Shown: positions 59,994 through 64,000 of the stretch, piece by piece | Position numbering within the stretch: position 1 is the first letter of the stretch | Layout of the letters: each line of letters opens with the position of its first letter | Assembly: GCA_021798115.1 (NCBI GenBank) | Contig: JAJZYM010000001.1 | Span: 44,421-108,420 of the forward strand | Source of the DNA: Pseudomonadota bacterium | GTDB taxonomy: Bacteria > Pseudomonadota > Gammaproteobacteria > JAKAQQ01 | Length of the DNA stretch: 64,000 bases | Reading direction: 5' to 3' | Made by a program: the position numbers and the translations under genes | The notes under the pieces: generated by a model | Seen by the model: the letters and a program-made list of their open reading frames with translations, nothing else | Told to the model about the DNA's origin: nothing | The model's database searches: none

Positions 59994-61421
59994 TTACAGG
60001 GCCGGGGGATCGCGGCCAACGGCGTTGGTTTGACCGGCACGTGCCACGACCTCGCGCGGCGTCCGGGCGAGCCACCACCAGACGTAGAGACACGGAACGA
60101 GGATCAGAGCAGGAGCCAGCCACAACGGAAATGTCAGCGGCAGAAGTGTAGCGACGAGCACGATAAGCACAAGCAGGTTGGCCACCTGAGGGATGAGGAC
60201 GTGGCGCGCCCGCCCGCGCAAACGCCGGTCGCGGGCGTAGAAAGCCAAGGCCGTATTCGCCAGAATATGGCCGAGGAATAGCGCGATGCTGCTCGCGGTG
60301 ATCAGGATGAGATAGCCCTGGAACGGCCCAAGGATGAGGCCCGTCAGAAGCGAGAGACCCAAAGCGACGAGCATCACCCAACGCACCGCACGCTTTGGGT
60401 TACGCGTAGCGTCGAGTTCGGACCATGAAGAGGGGAAGACCACACCATCACGGGCCATGGCGTAGACGAGGCGCGCGCAGCTCAGAACCGGAGACAAACT
60501 CCCCGCATACATCGAATTCAGGATGAGGATGACCAGAATCACCGCCGCCCAGAGACCCACGCCTGATCGGGCCAGCACGACACCGGGGACAAGGGCGTGA
60601 GCAAAACTTCCCATCCGCTCCGGCCCCCAAGCGACGGTCAGCGCATAGGCAAGAAAGACAAAGAGGAAAGAGGACAGGAGATAGGCCAGCAAAACCGCCC
60701 AGCGAATGCGCCTCTCGGGAGTTGCCGTCTCTTCGCCCAGCGATGTGGCGGCCGACGAACCAGAGACCGTGAACATGCCAAGGAGGACCCCAAGGGCGAA
60801 GACCGACAGAGGCACGTGGGCGTCGTGCAGCGTGAACACCGCGGACGTGTTGACGGGGCCCGCAGCAACCACAAGATCAATGGCAAAGATGAAAAGTGCC
60901 ACGATCTCGAAAGTTCCCGTCCACACCGCGTAACGCAGGGAAGGGCGTACCCCACGCACCGCAAGAAGATAGAGCAATCCCGTGAGCAACATCAGGACGG
61001 GGATCCAGAGCCAAAGCGGTGCCGTCACACCAAAGAGGGTGGTCAACACACCGGGCACGAAGACGCCGGCGACGAACAGAAGAGCGTTGGTAATGATGTT
61101 GAAGTAAGACAAGAGGAAAAGCAGCCCTCCGATTGTCCCCCAACGCCCGCCCATGCCGTGCGCGATGAACCCGTAAAAACCACCGGCCGAGGCCACGTGC
61201 TTGGAGAATTGCACCGTTGTGTTCACCATGAGCGCGGCGGCGACAACAGCGACAAGAAGGGCCAGAGGCATGGCCCCCTGCGCATAGGCCGCCACCCCCG
61301 TAAGCGTGGCAGCCATCGCTCCAGCCGGTGCGATCAGGGAAATCGACTGGTAGGTGAGTTGCCAGAACCCGACAGCATGAGGGTCCAGCGTGGCGGTAGC
61401 CGGGTCGACGGACTCGCGCAT
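59994..61421 (-). CDS. APC-superfamily amino acid/polyamine permease
   Basis: About 12 TM segments with APC-like motifs (…FWQLTYQSISLIAPAGAMAAT…, …GFYGF…). The start was taken at MRESVDP (ATG at 61421). Confidence 0.7.
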   Translation of the reverse strand: MRESVDPATATLDPHAVGFWQLTYQSISLIAPAGAMAATLTGVAAYAQGAMPLALLVAVVAAALMVNTTVQFSKHVASAGGFYGFIAHGMGGRWGTIGGLLFLLSYFNIITNALLFVAGVFVPGVLTTLFGVTAPLWLWIPVLMLLTGLLYLLAVRGVRPSLRYAVWTGTFEIVALFIFAIDLVVAAGPVNTSAVFTLHDAHVPLSVFALGVLLGMFTVSGSSAATSLGEETATPERRIRWAVLLAYLLSSFLFVFLAYALTVAWGPERMGSFAHALVPGVVLARSGVGLWAAVILVILILNSMYAGSLSPVLSCARLVYAMARDGVVFPSSWSELDATRNPKRAVRWVMLVALGLSLLTGLILGPFQGYLILITASSIALFLGHILANTALAFYARDRRLRGRARHVLIPQVANLLVLIVLVATLLPLTFPLWLAPALILVPCLYVWWWLARTPREVVARAGQTNAVGRDPPAL

Positions 61422-61541
61422 AAATGAAGCTCCCGAGGGACACCTCATCATAAGCGGAGTCCATGACTCACGGACGAAAACGCGCCATAGTGGCCGCGGT
61501 TGACGCTCGCGCAACGAGGCAGGGAGGCGGAAGATGCCTCC

Positions 61542-62690
61542 ATGCTCCGCGGTCTTCCCGTCCTCGCAACACTCGTCGCTCTCGTGCTGCTTGCCGGTTG
61601 TGTTCGTCCGTCCCATGTGGGCTCCCCGTCGCTCCACCCGTACGATTTTTCCTACCGTGTTCGTTGGCACGGAGCGGGGCGCGACCCGCGGGTCGTGGTT
61701 TTTTCCGATGCCGACCAGACGTACTTCATCGTTCCGTCATCCGGGGAAAGGCGGGCACGCGTCTTCGCGGAGATCGGCAACAGCTTGAGGCCGGTGGATC
61801 TCCAACAGGGGTCCCCCCCGTATCTCATCGCCGGATGTGTCGCCCGACGTTGGCTTCTCACCGACGGACGAGCGGGGTACGGCGCGGCGGTGGCCCTCCG
61901 TTCACTGCACGGACACCTCTGCGGCGGCGATACGACTCAAGGATTTTTCGGTCGTTTTGCCACTCGCGCTGGAGCGGCGGAACTGACGCCAAAACCCCAC
62001 GCCCGTGGGTCAAACGCGCGCAATCGGCCTTCGTCCAACCGCAGGCGTTTTGCCGTTTTTCTCCACCCCATCCCAGAGAGCCTCTCCGGATGCCACCGTT
62101 GCGCGCAGCCGGAGCGCGTCGCGCAGTCGCGCAGCGCCACTCTCCGCGCTCTGGGGCGGAACTGCCGTCCGGTGTCGGTGTTCGGACGTGGGACAACCAT
62201 CTTGCTCAGAGCGCCCGTCGGCTGCCATCTGCGTGCGGCCTACGCGCTCCAGGGGTATCACCTCCTCCGCCTCGATGGGCAGAGGATCGGGAACAGAGTG
62301 ACCCGGATCGCTCGCGCCCATCCCCCGTTACTCCTCGACTTCAATCGGGGGCTCGTCGCCCTCGTGGCCCGCCCATCCGGCGACGGGGACATCGGACGCC
62401 TCTTCCTCGGTCCTCTCAGGCCGGTCGGACGGCATTCCGCGCCGGCCTGGCCCCTCCGGCGAAGTCTCCGTCGGACCCTGCTCGCTTGGTGCCAACGGGC
62501 GGGGTGTCACACGAACGGACGCATTCCTCGTTTTCGGCTCGCGGCGGGGAGATTCCGGGGTTCGTTCCGGACGGCGCTCCGCAAGCTCTTGAGGCATCTG
62601 GCACGGCAGGGGCTTGTGCTCGATCTTTATCTCGACCCCGCGCACCACAGGCTTCGCGTTCGCACGCTTCGGTTTCCTCACCGCTCATGA
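61542..62690 (+). CDS. lipoprotein, candidate PilL-like component (R64 thin-pilus/ICE type IVb pilus style)
   Basis: Lipobox signal peptide MLRGLPVLATLVALVLLAGC. The N-terminal beta-rich region (...VVVFSDADQTYFIVP...YLIAGCVARRWLLTDGRAGYGAAVALRS) is followed by an Arg-rich C-terminal half. It is the first of three co-directional, overlapping genes that end in a liposecretin. Confidence 0.4.
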   Translation: MLRGLPVLATLVALVLLAGCVRPSHVGSPSLHPYDFSYRVRWHGAGRDPRVVVFSDADQTYFIVPSSGERRARVFAEIGNSLRPVDLQQGSPPYLIAGCVARRWLLTDGRAGYGAAVALRSLHGHLCGGDTTQGFFGRFATRAGAAELTPKPHARGSNARNRPSSNRRRFAVFLHPIPESLSGCHRCAQPERVAQSRSATLRALGRNCRPVSVFGRGTTILLRAPVGCHLRAAYALQGYHLLRLDGQRIGNRVTRIARAHPPLLLDFNRGLVALVARPSGDGDIGRLFLGPLRPVGRHSAPAWPLRRSLRRTLLAWCQRAGCHTNGRIPRFRLAAGRFRGSFRTALRKLLRHLARQGLVLDLYLDPAHHRLRVRTLRFPHRS

Positions 62691-63058
62691 CGATCCTGAA
62701 CCATCGGCTTGTCGCCGCCTTCGTTCTGTTGCTCGCGGCCGGACTCGTTTCGTCGGCTGTCCGGGCCCGTCCCCGTCCTCGGCTCATTATCGTCAACAGC
62801 ACGCTCCTTTCTGACCACGGATGGAGGACACAGCGCAGTCTCGAGGACACGCTGCAACGGTGGTGTCGCCGGACGCACAGCCGCCTTGTCTGGCGCCCTC
62901 GCCACGACTACCGGCTTGAGGCACAGGCGACCTTTCACGGTTCTTTTGTCCACGCTCTCGATGTCCTCGCCCGTGCTCTCGCTCTCGCTCACGTCCCGCT
63001 CGCCCTTCGCTACTACCGTGGCAATCGCGTCTTGGTGGTCAAGAGATGGACGCCGTGA
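62687..63058 (+). CDS. small secreted protein (signal peptide), candidate PilM(R64)/TcpQ/BfpG-type secretin-associated protein
   Basis: This ORF is not in the supplied ORF track and was read directly from the sequence. ATG at 62687 overlaps the upstream TGA. The 123-aa product (MTILNHRLVAAFVLLLAAGLVSSAVRA...LEDTLQRWCRRTHSRLVWRPRHDYRLEAQATFHGSFVHALDVLARALALAHVPLALRYYRGNRVLVVKRWTP) ends with TGA at 63056-63058. Confidence 0.4.
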   Translation: MTILNHRLVAAFVLLLAAGLVSSAVRARPRPRLIIVNSTLLSDHGWRTQRSLEDTLQRWCRRTHSRLVWRPRHDYRLEAQATFHGSFVHALDVLARALALAHVPLALRYYRGNRVLVVKRWTP

Positions 63059-64000
63059 ATCTCCGGCGGCGGCGCACGCTCGCCATCCTCCTCCTCGTGC
63101 CGGGATTGGCTTCCTGTGTCGCTCCCCCCAGCCACATCGGTTCGTTCCTGCGTGCCACGGGGACGCACGCCCGCGCACTCCTTCATCACACAGAACCCAC
63201 CGCACCCACCGTGCTCTTGGCCGTCCGACGGGGCGTCTGGCTTGGGGCGCAGCCGACACACCGCCGCTCCGTCCGTCCGCCATGGCTCGACACACGCATT
63301 ACCCTCGTCGCCCGGGGGTCGGCCTCGACCCTGCTTTCCGAAGCCGCCCATCTTGCCGGACGACGGCTGCGTTTCGAGGATCTTGGCGCCTCCTCCAACC
63401 CGAAGTCGTCCGCTCGTTCCTTCTGCCCCGAAGTCGACACCACCGCTTACACAGGCAGTTTGAAACGCTTTCTTGATCGCCTGACTGCACGTTGCCGGAT
63501 CTGGTGGCGTGTGCGTGGAAGCACCCTTGTGGTCTTCCGCCTGCGAACCCGGACGTTCGTTGTCGACGTCCCTCCCGGGGTCACACGCAGCAACGAGGTC
63601 CTCGGCAGCGAGGGCGGACTTGGCGACAACGCGGGGACGGCCTCAACCTACGGGGCAGGATCAGGGTCCGTCACGGAACAGCAGGAAGAAGGGCGCACAC
63701 AGTTCGCCGACGCACTCGATCCCTGGCCCTCGCTTCGCCGTCACCTGGCGGCTCTCCTCACACGGTCCGGCCGTGTCATTCTCGACGAAACAGCCGGTAC
63801 AGTCACCGTCACCGACACGCCGCCCGCTCTTCACCGGATCGCCCGCTATCTGCGGACGATGGATCACATCCTGGCCCGCCAAGTGGCCGTGGTCGTTCGC
63901 GTGTACAGCGTGCGCCTCAAGCGGCGCAGTCGTTTTGCCGCGGCCGCCGACATCGTCTACAAGAGTCTCGGCGCCGGTGTTTCGGGCGCACTCACCACGA
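63046..64000 (+). CDS. secretin-family lipoprotein (liposecretin; BfpB/TcpC/PilN-R64-like), 5' partial, continues beyond window end
   Basis: ATG at 63046 gives the lipobox signal peptide MDAVNLRRRRTLAILLLVPGLASC. Downstream, ...GRVILDETAGTVTVTDTPPALHRIARYLRTMDHILARQVAVVVRVYSV matches the secretin N3-domain/secretin-domain junction motif seen in pilQ of this same window. It is not in the ORF track because no stop falls inside the window. Confidence 0.55.
   Translation, partial: MDAVNLRRRRTLAILLLVPGLASCVAPPSHIGSFLRATGTHARALLHHTEPTAPTVLLAVRRGVWLGAQPTHRRSVRPPWLDTRITLVARGSASTLLSEAAHLAGRRLRFEDLGASSNPKSSARSFCPEVDTTAYTGSLKRFLDRLTARCRIWWRVRGSTLVVFRLRTRTFVVDVPPGVTRSNEVLGSEGGLGDNAGTASTYGAGSGSVTEQQEEGRTQFADALDPWPSLRRHLAALLTRSGRVILDETAGTVTVTDTPPALHRIARYLRTMDHILARQVAVVVRVYSVRLKRRSRFAAAADIVYKSLGAGVSGALTT

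Noticed and set aside
62709-63476. 255-aa plus-strand ORF listed in the track
   Set aside because: It is Ser/Arg/Pro-rich nonsense. The adjacent frames give a clean signal-peptide protein (62687..63058) and the liposecretin (63046 onward).
1-64000. CRISPR arrays and rRNA genes
   Set aside because: No regularly spaced direct repeats and no rRNA-like conserved blocks were seen. The only repeats noted are the two 10-mers in the pel upstream region.

Overview
This is a high-GC (~67%) proteobacterial chromosomal segment, densely coded on both strands. Many gene junctions use 4-nt ATGA/GTGA start/stop overlaps.

Gene order, low to high coordinate:
- 3' half of a Pel exopolysaccharide operon on the minus strand (pelA, a split pelB, pelC, and the start of pelD).
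- A decayed IS1595-family transposase remnant next to tRNA-Gln(CUG).
- rplM-rpsI, ppa, a GST, murI, and a monoheme cytochrome c.
- A tkt-gap-pgk-pyk cluster.
- A Pho-box-preceded pstS-pstC-pstA (no pstB in the window), then metK-ahcY.
- A glycan locus: frameshifted NAD-epimerase, O-methyltransferase, metallophosphoesterase, class II aldolase, and an ArdC-like gene convergent on a tightly coupled six-gene wbpD/wbpB/wbpE-GT4-degT-pglC-like operon.
- gmk-hemE-pyrF-aroB-aroK, an Ig-like lipoprotein, then pilQPONM (type IVa pilus) divergent from ponA.
- A hypothetical, gltA, rpmE, a small lower-GC ORF, an HU-like gene, yggT-proC, three tandem PilT-family ATPases, recG, ubiC-ubiA, and an APC permease.
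- At the window end, a lipoprotein, a small secreted protein and a liposecretin arranged like the pilL-pilM-pilN genes of the plasmid R64 thin pilus (type IVb). This is the most likely entry into an accessory or conjugative element.

No CRISPR array or rRNA was seen.

Functional calls are from my own reading of the translated ORFs against remembered family signatures. No database search was run.
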